Assembly: GCA_017654855.1 (NCBI GenBank)
Contig: CM030337.1
Location: 4,154,001-4,218,000 of the forward strand
From: Podospora anserina
Taxonomy: Eukaryota
Reading direction: 5' to 3'
DNA: 64,000 nucleotides
In this document: in pieces, positions 12,226 to 23,647 of the stretch
How the letters are laid out: the number at the start of each line of letters is the position of its first letter
How positions within the stretch are numbered: position 1 is the stretch's first letter
Translations under genes and position numbers: made by a program
Notes under the pieces: generated by a model
Told to the model about the DNA's origin: nothing
The model's input: only the letters and a program-made list of their open reading frames with translations
Database searches by the model: none

Positions 12226-12598
12226 GGCGGTGGTGGTGATGGGGGTTGTTGACAAAGGAAGATGGGTTTGCTGTGGGGGAAAAGAAAGAGTGGCGACGTG
12301 GAACGGAGCGTCAAGAGTGTTTTGATGAGATGCAAACCCCTCTCGGAGGTAAAAGAAGAGTCCAGTCTTATCATATGAAAAGCACGGTGGGTGTATGCGG
12401 CCGGGTATTATCCAATGGTGGTCATATATATACATCGGACCTGTTGAGTTGTACAAAGAATGCGAGGGGCAATCTACCTTATGTCGGTTGATGTTGAACA
12501 CACAGCCAATGATGCTTCTTGCATCCCCTTTACCACCAAAAATAAGAATAAAAAAGAGGGAGAAATGCTAAAAGTAAACTCATCATGTGATGAATGCT

Positions 12599-12710
12599 TG
12601 GACGAGCTGGGAATCGAACCCAGGACCTTTCGCATACAATGGATCCTTGATCTTGAGGATACAAGGATGAGTATGCTAAGCGAACGCTCTACCAACTGAG
12701 CCACACGCCC
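12599..12710 (-). tRNA. tRNA-Ala(AGC), intron of about 40 nt
   Basis: Minus strand GGGCGTGTGGCTCAGTTGGTAGAGCGTTCGCTT-AGC-A...GCGAAAGGTCCTGGGTTCGATTCCCAGCTCGTCCA, with G3:U70. Confidence 0.93.
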
Positions 12711-13104
12711 TTTTCTTTTGCTTGATGAGTGGACACCGCCAGAGATTTAGCTCATGAGTTGAAAAGCAAGCCACGTAAAAGAGCCAGAAAGCCAAGAGTA
12801 CGAAAGCTAACAACAACACAGGCAAAAGATTATTGCAAAACCAAAACCAGGCAAAACAAGAGGCAGGGTATACCATTTCATCACCTTGCCAGGCACCAGC
12901 CGTAGCTTTCTCTTCTCAACGGTATCTAGTGCCAACAAGTCTATCTCCCAACCGAGAAAAAAATAAAGGGTGCTGCTGTGTGCGTGTGTGTTTCATCATT
13001 GCGCGCCAGATGCTCTCATGCCATAATACAAGAACAGGAAGATCGAGACTAACATCAAAAAGAGAAAATTCCAAAACTACACCACGACGTCCCGAGAACC
13101 ACGC

Positions 13105-15011
13105 TTAGCTGTAACCGCCGCCGCCACCGTTTCCACCATTCCAGTACCCCTGTTGAGGGCCGTTAGCCGGCCCTGGAGGGTTGCCGTACCCCGATGATTG
13201 TTGCTGCAGCTGCGGGGGGGTTCCGTATCCGCTCGTGGGTGTGGTGAAGCTCCTCTGAGGCTGGGGGTGAGCGAGAGGTGCTGGGCTGGTGGTGGCGCTT
13301 CGCTGCGGCGGCTGACCGATGCCAAAGTCAAACCCGTGCTGTTGCTGATTCGGTCCCGGTGACCCCATCCTCGACTGAAGGCTTTGGTTCGTCATGCTCC
13401 GTGTCGGTGGGTGTGGCAGGGGTTGGTGCGGGGGCGGCGACATGGACTGGTTGTACAAAGACCCTGTTGGTGAGCGCAAGCCTTCGTGTGGGTTGTAAGG
13501 AGACGGGGCGCCGGGGGACCGGGCGTTTTGAGTGCCGACATAGTTGGGCCCGAAGGGGTTCGTGGGGTCTACCGTACGTGGAGACTGCGCGCCTTCGCGA
13601 AGAAGAGGAGTGCTCGTGGGGCTCATGGGACCGTCGTTGCCATTGTTGGCGGCACGAGCAGCCCCGGCACCGGCACCGGCACCGGCGGCGGCCGCTGTGG
13701 CCATGGCGACAACGTTGCCGAACTTCTCGTTGGCGGGGGCGGGCGAGGGGGGAACACTGTAGCTGTCCTTGTCGGCATGCCCGTTTTGGGCCATGTCCTT
13801 GGCATTGTACTCGTGAGCGTTGCTTGTGAAAGCATCAGGGTTGATGCCCTCCTTTCTGAACCGCTCCATCTCCAGACGCTCGGCTTCGGCACGCGCCGCG
13901 GCCTCGGTGGCCTCCTTGGCCCCCTGCCTTCTCTGGCGGATGCAGTAGAATAGAGCAGCGAAGAGGATGGCAGCACCGACAGAGGAGCCACCGGCGTAGA
14001 TGGCAATTTTGGCGGCGTTGGGAAGTTCCTCCCATTTCTCGGCCATGGTCTTCTCGGGCACAGGGGGTGGCGCGTTCATGACCTCCTCGACGGTAGAATT
14101 ACCCCTTGATAAGAGTCAGTCACGAGGCCAATTTGGGGTCGACGGAAGGAGCTTCTTCAAACTTACTCGACAATCTGGATGCTCTCCCACGAACCAGACC
14201 GGTCTCCATACACATATTCCTTGCCGCTGCTGTAGTCGGTGACGTGGCAGTTCTTGACAAACATGGAAAAGGGGCCCTTGGTGTAGTCGGTAGTACCGCC
14301 AGCCCACTCGCGGGTGCCCTCGGGCAGGCTGGGGTCACCACCGGCCCAGATACCAATAGAAATGCGCATGGGTGTCTGGGGGTACAGATCCATGCCACCC
14401 TCGTCTTTCTTGCCGTCGCCTTTGCTAATGGCATCCTCTGGAGTCAGTCTGCGGAATTTGGCGCCGTCAATGTAGAAGTCAAGGTAGTCCTTGGTCCAGT
14501 CCAGGGTGTAGTTGTGGAAGTCGTCCTGGACGCTGGGGATCTGGTCGTACTGGGCGTTGGTGTAGTGCGGTTGGTTCTTGCCAAAGTAGTTGCTCTGAGC
14601 GACGGTGGAGTTGCCGCCAAAGAATTCCCAGTCGATCTCGTCCAGGTTGTCGCTCAACAACATGATGGAGCTGATGATGCCGCGACCGGGAGCTGCCTTG
14701 AGCCAGATTTCGGTACGACCCCAGAAGATGTAGAAGCGAGAGCGAATGGTGGGCGAGTCGCCCTGCTTGTTGATGGTGAACTCGGCACCAGTCTCGGGAG
14801 AGTACTTGACAGGGCCGACGGTGGTTTCCCAGGCTTCGAACTTGGGGGTGGCGTTGAAGACAAAGTTGTAGTCCATACCGAAGGCGGGGTTTGGCGGGCA
14901 CGTCTCGTTCATGGGAAAGCAGTGGGTGGTGACCTGGGCGGCGACATTGCTGATGAGCGATGTCCACGCCAGCAGCCCGAGGGCCGGGGCGAAAGATGGT
15001 GTTAATCTCAT
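13105..15011 (-). CDS. GH16 CRH-family chitin/glucan transglycosylase with single TM helix and Pro/Gln/Gly-rich cytoplasmic tail; 2 exons
   Basis: Signal peptide, C-x-P-x4-CPPNPA, catalytic DEIDWE, PQTPMRISIGIWAGG, EWAGG. Intron 14105-14166 (GTAAGT..CTGAC..AAG) fuses ORFs 14163-15011 and 13105-14079. TM segment IAIYAGGSSVGAAILFAALFYCI followed by RQRR. Confidence 0.93.
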
Positions 15012-15954
15012 TGTCGATTCAGCTGTCGTATGCTTGGGGTGTTGTATTGATGTATGTACAGATGTTGCTCGCTCAGACTGTTGATATGTACGTCTCGTGT
15101 CGCCGAGTGATCAGAGTAGTTGCATGTCGCTGTACTGCTCTTTGTATTCTCCAAGGATGTCGTCGTCCAAAAAGATCGTGTAAAAATCGGGGGATCAAGA
15201 TCAATTGATCGGCCGTGTCGGAAAAGAATCGAATGTTTGGAGGGATTGTGTGAGGCAATTGGGAGTGCCTCGTCTCGGTCAGGACAAGTTGAGTGCTTGC
15301 CGCGTGTGGTTGTAGCCGGAGCTGGTGGGTGAAGGAGTGTGGTGTGTGGTGCTGTCGAGGGATCTCAGCAGAAAAGGGAACGTCAACGACGGACGAAAAG
15401 AGATGGGACATGGAGATGAGAAAAAGAGATTGGGAGGCCCGAAAAGGGGCGTGTCGATAAGCAGACACGGCAGGATTCCTCGCGAACCGAAGCTTGGGCT
15501 CTCTCGGCAGGCCTTGGCGGTTAAGCCCTTTGCGGGATAGCCCGCTGGAGCACGCGCAGTGTCCGGGGAAGCCCCTGAAGGACTGCTTGTTTCATGTTAG
15601 CGCACCTGCTGTTGAACCAATCACAGGCTGTCATCCAGAGACTAGCGTTTTCTTGGGACTGCAGAAGCGGAGAAGCCATCTTGGATTTTCAGGCACAACG
15701 GCCACACGCAGATGAGTGTGACCTCACTGGTCCACCGTTGCGAAACTGTGAATTTTTTTGTTTTATTTATATTTTTACTGTTATTTCTATTCTTCTCATC
15801 AGCGAAAGAAGAAACCGAAACCTTCCATTTCTCATCTCCCGTCTACTGGGCTGCGGGTGCCGCGGGCCGCCCACCGTTGACATTTACCCGCTACCTATCT
15901 TAGTTGACAGCACCCGATCCAGCCGTTGATCAACACTAGCTACTTTGTACAACT

Positions 15955-17687
15955 CTAGATAGGCTTGCTCTCCTGGATTGCCGTGGCTCTCCTCATCACA
16001 CTCACCCACATATCACTGTGTAGCCACAGGCTGTAGTTGTGCGCTTTCCACGGCTCATAAGGGTACACAAGTTGGAAGTCAAAGTGCCGCAACAGCTACC
16101 ATTGGCAAACAAGTCCCGTGTATCAGTCTCGCATCCCGATGATCTGCAAGGAGGGGTAGCACAAAACAAACATACCTCGACGAAAATCTTGTTCAACTCA
16201 AGAAAGGCGACAGTCTTTCCAGGACACCCCCATCGTCCATACCCGAATACAAGTTCAGCCACTCTCTTCATCTCGACAAACTTCTTCTCGTTCTGAGCCG
16301 CGGCCTCGATCCACCTCTCGGGTCGAAAAAGGTCCGCATCCTCCCCGAAGGTGCCCTTGTGCCGTCCTGTTGACCAGAAGCTTGCTGCAATTCTCGTCCC
16401 ACCAGGCACAAATTTGCCGTCGATGGTATCACCTTCGGGGGGGACCACCTTCAACGGGATGCCGGTGAAGGGGGGGTAGAGACGAAGTCCTTCGTAGATG
16501 ACTCCCTGCAGGTATGGTAGTTTGGCACCTTCGGCGGCTGTGATTGGATTCGAGATCTTGCCGCTCTTGATGCCCTCATCAATCTCTCTCTGCAGAGCTC
16601 GATACACCCTCGGCGTTGTCATGACATATAGCATTGTCGCTCGAATGGCGGTAGCGGTTGTATCAGAGCCGGCCACGATCTGGATCAAGACCTCGGCTTC
16701 GCACTCTCGCTGAGAGAGACCATGTCGTACAAACGAGCCCTTCCAAGGAATTACCTGTCAGCGGTCGTCGTTACCGAGTCCTAGAGAAGAGGGGAAACCT
16801 ACCAACATGTCCTTCCTGTCCTCTGCCCCCTCTCCGAATCTCTCCCCCACCAACATCCGAGCCAGTCTCATCAGCAACCCCAAACCCGCCTTGTCCGTCG
16901 CTTTTGGCCCGATCAATTTCAGAGTAAGATCATTTGCAAACAACCCCCTCAACAAGGGAGCCGACGATATTGCAACCGACTTTGGAGCATGTCTCTCCAC
17001 TAATCCCAGATAATCAACCCCGTGCTTATCCGCTCCCTCGGTCAGTACCATCTCAAAGTCGGCCTCATGACCAAACGCAATCCGCGAAATACTATCCAAG
17101 GTGAAATGTGAGCTCAACCTGGCCAAATCGATCGTCTTTCCCTGCTCGACTTTGCGCTCAAGTACCTCTCTCACTTGTCGCAGTTTGAGGTCAATATCCC
17201 CTTCCAAATTCGGCACATCCTTCCCCGCGTACCCAGCCGAGAGCTTGGCCTTGAGCTCGTCGTGGTACTTGGTGTCCAAGGTCGTGAACATGGCGTCGGT
17301 GAGGGGATCGAGCCGGGACTGTTTATACCAGTCGGATCTGGAGTATTTGGACCGAGCCCCTGAGGTGCGTCTGATCACCTCCGGGTCCGACGTGATGAGG
17401 TCGTTGGGGCCAACTCGGATGGTGGACATGTGGCCGTACTTGGAGTTGGCAGCAGTGAAGTAGTCGGCCATGCGGCCCGGGCGGTGGACCTTGCAGAGCC
17501 AGAGATATGAGAAAGAAGTGGTAGGCGGGCCAGGGAAGCGCCGGAGTGGGGAGAAAAAATGGCAGTAGATGGCAGTAGAGAGGTAGTATGTCATGAACAG
17601 AAGCAGCAGAAAAGCAGGGACCGAGTAGGAGAGCGGAGGGTTGGGGATCTCGGGCAGAACGGCCATCATGTGCGACGGATAAGTCAT
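15955..17687 (-). CDS. Cytochrome P450 (pisatin-demethylase-like); 3 exons
   Basis: N-terminal TM plus PGP, I-helix AGSDTT, K-helix EGLR, PERW, heme motif FGYGRWGCPG. Introns at 16740-16802 and 16096-16175; ends ...ESKPI*. Confidence 0.95.
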
Positions 17688-18636
17688 GGCTTCGGTATCC
17701 TAGTGGGAGGTACAAAACAGAGAAATACTGACGAGAAGCTTAACAGGGAGTTGACACAAGAAGGAGCTGGAAAGAGGGGAAAGTCCATCATGTGGAAGGC
17801 GCATAGAGATATCCATTTCCCCCGCACAATGTAGGTTGCATGAGTGCCAACTTCACCAATCACTTGAACATTGATGCTGTGTTACACTCCTTCATCGTCT
17901 TGGTAAACAACAAGGCGGCACCTTACCATAGGTAGCCAATAAGCCACTGATAAGCCAAGGTACCTAGGTAGCGATCTTGATGAGCAGAGCAACTACCTTG
18001 AAAAGAAAGAAAAAAGAAAAAGAAATAGGAAATGGTGAATACCACCAAGAATCAAAACCTTCAGATTTACAATTATAGCAGGCCGAGGTTGGTCGCACCT
18101 ACTTAAGGCCGTGATCTTTTGCTTCAGAGTTTCCTTTGTACCTACCTATGAACCTACGTTAACTACTTCAGGAATGACTTCACACCTGGCCCGTGCCCAT
18201 TTCTGAAGCCTTTCGCGAGGACTCATCCATCGATTGATCTACTGGTTCAGAAAGGCTACCTATTCAGAAGACGTGATCTTCAGGTTGGTGGTGGCTGAAA
18301 TGTGAATAACGCCCTTACCTAAGCCAAGGTCTGGTTGCGCCGTGGCCTCGCTGCAAACCTTACTCAAATTCCTGTCGAAACCTCTCTTCCGGAAAGATAT
18401 GATTGTTCCCAAAAGAACCCTATGCTCATTCTTTTGTGGCACAGGCCAGGCTGCTTGCAAGCCCCATATTCACCTCCCGTTGCTAGGGCTGGTGGCTATT
18501 TGATTCTTACCTCACTTCACACTCTCACTTTTTTCTTCGCTCGGGACGCCCAAAAATCCTTCTTTTCCATATCGTAGTCTTCGACATAGGTAATAAATCA
18601 AGCAGTCTACCCGAGATACCCCTATCGAACATCAAC

Positions 18637-18938
18637 ATGAAAAAAAGCCTTTGGGCGAATGCCTTCTACTTCGACTTCCCGATGAGCTGTTGAGGATGAT
18701 AACGGAGGAGGTCTTTCATGTTGGCAAGCCATGGACGCGTCGAGATAACAGCTGGGGGGATGAAAACCCGACCGACATCAATCACAAGGTCCGCTTCTCT
18801 CACACACGCTTATTCGCATTTGCCCCCGTTTCTACACAGTCGGAATGCCCATTCTGTATTCGAGCCTGGAATTCCGTTCGGCCTCAGACTGCAGACAGCA
18901 ACACAAATCTATTTAGCTTAACACATGAACACCAGTGA
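18637..18938 (+). pseudogene. Probable F-box gene remnant
   Basis: LLLRLPDELLRMITEEV resembles an F-box. The ATG at 18637 (caacATG) is out of frame with it across an A7 run, and the frame ends after about 95 codons. Confidence 0.45.
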
Positions 18939-19135
18939 TGATGGATGATGAGTCAAGAGAAAAGAGAAACATAACGACCTTGCCCACTGTCCAGATGACC
19001 AAAGATCTTGACCACTATCAATGAACTGAGCGGAAAAGGGTGTGCCTAAAACCCGGTGACAGTGTCCTATTCTTATTCAACTACAATCCCTTTTTCCTCT
19101 GCCAGCCCTCACCAATTCAGATGATTGGCTGCCAT

Positions 19136-19223
19136 GCCCGGCTAGCTCAATCGGTAGAGCGTGAGACTCTTAAGGGGTACCTCCGTAATCTCAAGGTTGT
19201 GGGTTCGACCCCCACGTCGGGCT
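19136..19223 (+). tRNA. tRNA-Lys(CTT), intron-containing
   Basis: Acceptor GCCCGGC/GTCGGGC, GCTCAATCGGTAGAGC, TGAGA-CT-CTT-A..intron..A-TCTCA, GTGGG-TTCGACC-CCCAC. Confidence 0.95.
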
Positions 19224-22021
19224 CAATTCCCGTTGCTGATCTTCTACTTTTGCAAATATTTTGCATTGTCATTCTCTTTTCCATCTTGTGGCATTTTTTT
19301 TTGGCATGTTGCTTACATTTCGCGGGAGGACTCCGACAGCAATTAAGGTGTGGCGAATTTTCTGCAGGCACATGTTGTGATACCCCTGGATACGCAAAGC
19401 TTGTTGACGACACTCGCCACAGTGTGGCTGGTGAACAAGTGATCGACACTGCGGACGCTGGGGAGGCGCAACAAAGACGAGGTCGGATCAGATGATGTTT
19501 ATCTTTTGACACCATAAAACCGAGAAACAAAACAAGTGGCCAATTTGTGTCGGTCCGGAGCTGGTAAAAAGCAGCAGGTAGGACGTTGGAGGACGGGATT
19601 GGCCCCAACGTTCCTGGTTCCTGGCCTGCCGTGCCGAACCGGGGCGCGGGAACTTTGCTAGTGCCGGCGGCTCGGTACATAGGCGTGGACATAGGCCCCG
19701 AGAGAAAAGAAATTCATTCCCGGTCCCCTTACCCTCGTGTCGTTTCTTGCAGGGGGGGAAACGACAAAAAAGTTGCGACCCGTCCAGTGAAGAATATACC
19801 AGTACGCGGCGGCACTCATCGGTGGCAACTCATTGGGTGTCCATCATGGCGGTTTGTTGGGAAAGGACTACACTAGGAAAGCCATGAGGTTGACGCGCGC
19901 CCCATCTCTGTCGTACGCTTTAAACCATGGGAACTTTCGAAGCGAACAGTCAACTGTGGCGAGTATGAAAGTGGTGTTTTCTTGCAGTGGTCCACCTGTG
20001 GCTGACGATTCCCAGATACTGGTCGACGTTCGCAGACGCCAATGATCTAGACCGCCCATCGGGGAAAAAGCTAGAGCTTGATGAGTCGTCATATGAGCTG
20101 TTGAAAAGATCTGGTTGTTTTTGTGACCGATTCTGTGACGAGCGGATATCAATCCTCGGAGAAGCAGCCCAGGCCGGCTGCTCCTAGGTAGGTAGTCTAT
20201 GCATGGCTTGTATTTGCCAATTGGCGACAAGTTTCCGGGAGATGCACGTTGGTCCAGTCGGTTCATCTGAAATATATGCTTGGACGGGTCGGCAGTCGCT
20301 GTCATCTCAAAAAGCCATGCTTGCGGTGCAACGAGATCCAATCCTCCGTAACCAAGAGTTGGGTTGGAGGGGTGAGGGGCAGGAAAGGGTGGGGTTCAAC
20401 ATCCCACCTCCACCGCATGCCCCAATCAGCTGGGGATATTGGCTCGTTGGACGGCTCCAGAGACATGTGCACCTATCTCAAACTCTGGCAATACATTGAT
20501 GAATGTTGGAAGCTGCCTTGCCAGTCCAAAATACTGTAAGTGTCCCGTCATGACAAAAAGCAGACAATCACTTTGGAAGGTGAGAAGACATCACTAACCG
20601 CCCGAGTTTCAACCAACAAAGACTTTCCAACCCCAAACCCGACTCCACCTGCCCAACCCAAGAACCCAAGAGCTGGAGGCTGGTCTCGGTCAAAACCCTC
20701 CGGCAAGACCCAACGGTTTGTGCCGGGTTCCCAGCCCAAACTGTTCCTCCGGAAGCATGCTTTCTTGGTGTTGCCTTACGGTGGGCAGCACATGCTGACA
20801 TGTACGGGCACTACTGTGTAGGTGTCAAGAGTCTCAATTGTCAGTTGAGCCAAGAACGAGCTGAATAGCTGCCCGCAGCCCTCGTACGGTATGGTCCCTT
20901 CTAGAACTCGGTCTTTCTCACGTGCGGTGAGGGGAAAGAGGGAAGAAGCTTCCACGATTGTTCCACCTCCATCGATGAGGCTGTTGACAGAATACCGAGC
21001 GATCGGTAGAAAGCACGGAAACACCTGCATCCGGATGAAGATGGAAAGGGCTTTACAAGTATAAAAGCAGTGGGAACGTCCGCTGGTGAGGCTTGAGAAA
21101 GAGGGTCTCCTTCCCAGGGCTGCGCATGGCTTGTAAGCGCCGCCTGCCGCAGCCCCACATTTTCCGGAGCAATCTGTCCGGGCCTGTACGAAGGAGATGC
21201 TTGAAGACAGGTCCAGGTGGTGCAGCAGAAAAAAAAAAAAGACTTGCGGATTGCGGATGCACCGAATATATTCCGCCGTGCACTGGAAAATGACGGATTT
21301 GTCTTGCCGGGTGTGTGGCCCACAGTCTTCTTTCCCCTTTCAGGACCCTTTCGACGTGTCACCATGCTATGCCTTTGCCACAGCACGCCAGCCAGGTCCA
21401 AAGTCGAAGCCGTCGCCCCCAGACACTGACCCATCCCCTACGCTGCACCTTTCGTCTGCAGTGGGTGAGGTGGCGAGAACCAGCTGTCCGTCACTGCCTG
21501 TAGCTGGTTGGGAGCCCTGGCCGCAGTGAAGCCCAGTGCCAAGCCCATGGTTCCGTTGAGCTCTCAGGAGGTACCTATTGCTCCCTCCACCCCTGCCCGC
21601 TCGCTATCCCCCAATAACCTTACATACGACGCCAAACCACATACCAAAAGACGGAAGCCTCGAGAGGAGACAAGAACGAAATTCTCGGGTTTTCTTCAGG
21701 CTCCCCTAACCCGGGGCAGCCAGAGTCGATCATCTTTAGTCGCCGCCAAACCATCCCCTATATCATGAGCCACACCAAGACAACCACACCACAGACGAGA
21801 AAAGCAACACGAATTCATCGGCAACAGGGCATCTGCACGGGCATAGTCATCATCAACAGAATCCCATGAGTGCTCTTGCTCTTCCTACACACACCCTCGA
21901 GCTTCACCACCAGCATCACCAGCATCCGAACAGATCCGCCGTCCCTCCCCACCACCTCTTTGCTGTGCTTGTCATCTCTTCCAGGCCGTGAGGTACTAGC
22001 CCACTGAGCCCGCCTTCATTA

Positions 22022-22222
22022 ATGTGCACTGAGCACACGACCGGTAACTGCCCAGCCTGCGGGAAGGATTACCTGGTCTTCGTCGAGTTTTGCAAAGACT
22101 ACCACCCACCGTTGGTGACTTGTCCCAACGGCACCACCATCGTTCGTGTTGAAATGGAAGAGGGCGGCTGTCCGAGTCCTGTCTGCCCCAACAGTCGGAA
22201 CGGAGGTTGTGCCGTCATGTAG
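22022..22222 (+). CDS. Small Cys-rich protein (66 aa) with C-terminal CaaX (CAVM)
   Basis: ATG-to-TAG ORF with C-ending codon bias, 8 Cys (CPAC, CP, CPSPVCP), ending NGGCAVM*. Confidence 0.65.
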   Translation: MCTEHTTGNCPACGKDYLVFVEFCKDYHPPLVTCPNGTTIVRVEMEEGGCPSPVCPNSRNGGCAVM

Positions 22223-22247
22223 CAGCAGCAGAAACAAGAATAAGAAT

Positions 22248-22292
<45 letters not shown>
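22248..22292 (+). repeat. (AAC)15 microsatellite
   Basis: Perfect trinucleotide run between the convergent 3' ends of the CaaX microprotein gene and the epimerase gene. Confidence 0.97.
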
Positions 22293-22293
<1 letters not shown>

Positions 22294-22341
22294 GAGACGG
22301 AAACCACACCAAGACGCCTGTTTCGACCCCCCCGAACCACG

Positions 22342-23647
22342 TTAGAGCTTTTGACCGCTGGGTCCAACCTCGACAACTTGATCGAGCCCTTCGTACTCGG
22401 GAACGTCAAAGTCATATTTTGCTGCGATTGCGGGTGTGACGAAGCTTTTGTTGGGGGGGGGGGGAAGAGTCAGTTGGGTCCAGAAGACAAGTAGGATGGG
22501 GCGGTTTTGGGTACGCACCGTCCTCCAATGAAGTGACGGCCCTTGAAGTGTTTGACAAGGGGCTTTGGAGCTGTCAAGCTGATCAGGAAGTTAGGGTGAA
22601 AATTACTACCGACACCACTTTTGGGCGGGCCCTCCTCGATATCCCACGATGAGGGGGCATCCACGGAGGTCACCGGGACCTGGGTCTCCGCCATTGCGTT
22701 GATGACGGCTGGGAACGGCTCTCGAACTTCTCCAGAGAAACTGAAACCTACACCACCCGACATTGAGTCATCATGAGCCATGAGGTGGGAGAGAGGAGAG
22801 GAGAGGGGTGACAGAATACAGGTGGAAAAACGAACCAAAAATAGCATCGACAACGTGATCAGCCGAGCTCAACGCCTTGGGGAAATCGTCGACGAAGGGA
22901 ACATCCAGGTCTTCCAACTGTTTGGCGAGGCGCTAGATACACAAATAAGCGATCTGCCACGAGAGAAGGCGGCCAGCAGGGCTGGAGAAGGGATCGACCA
23001 GGCAAGCAGTGTAATAATATGCGCCCGCTGCTGTCTAGGTCAACCATGGGAGGGGAATGTTTTAGTCCGACTTGGACGTGAAGCGCGCATTGCATGTACC
23101 TTCGCTGTAGGTATAGAAGAAGTATTGGGCAAATGAACAACAAAGCGATATTGCCATACAAGAAGAGGAACATGACTTACCTGGTAAAGCTCGTTTTTGC
23201 TGCGTTTGGGGTAGTAAATGGTTGGTTGATAACCGTAATGGCGCAGATGTCGGGCTGCTACAAGACCGTCACCCCCTGAGCAACGGGTGAGCACAGGCCA
23301 CCCAGGTTGAAAGTCAATTAAGGGGTCTCAGTCACCATTGTTGCCAGGGCCGACAGCGACCAGAACCCTGCGGCCTTCGTTGATGGGATGGACGCGGTAC
23401 ACTTGGTTTATTGTCAACACAGGCCCGCCGGGTTCGAGAACTGACGACGGGATCAGGGCCAGAATTTAACTCACCAACCTGGGATACAGACAGTCCTGCG
23501 AGCTCCATGAGCTGGTCGATGGAGAAGGCGCCTGTGCTCATCAGCTCCCTGTCCAGGGCGGCTGCAGCCTTTGCACCGAGTGTCTACCAGTGACTGTCAG
23601 CTGCCATTCATTCACCATCAAGCAAAACAGCGTGCCTTGAATACCAT
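22342..23647 (-). CDS. NNR1: NAD(P)H-hydrate epimerase (YjeF_N/AIBP); multi-exon
   Basis: Spliced product [106 protein letters not shown]. Confidence 0.93.

Noticed and set aside
12226-12501. N-terminal 92 codons of the ORF-track cupin protein
   Set aside because: TTG-started, non-protein-like extension; ATG 12225 (gccATG) is the likelier start.
18945-19029. C-box (ATGATGA) and D-box (CTGA) spaced like a C/D snoRNA
   Set aside because: No terminal stem or recognisable rRNA-complementary guide; the motifs are short enough to occur by chance.
19040-19495. ORFs overlapping tRNA genes (also 12460-12704 and 25190-25735)
   Set aside because: They are translations through tRNA sequence and flanks.
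19500-21500. Several 60-180 aa ORFs in the gap after tRNA-Lys (similarly 29100-31600, 54000-56000, 63300-64000)
   Set aside because: No motifs, codon bias or splice structure that I could support; treated as intergenic.
22019-22494. Poly-Leu/Asn/Thr/Val ORFs
   Set aside because: Artefacts of the (AAC)15 microsatellite.
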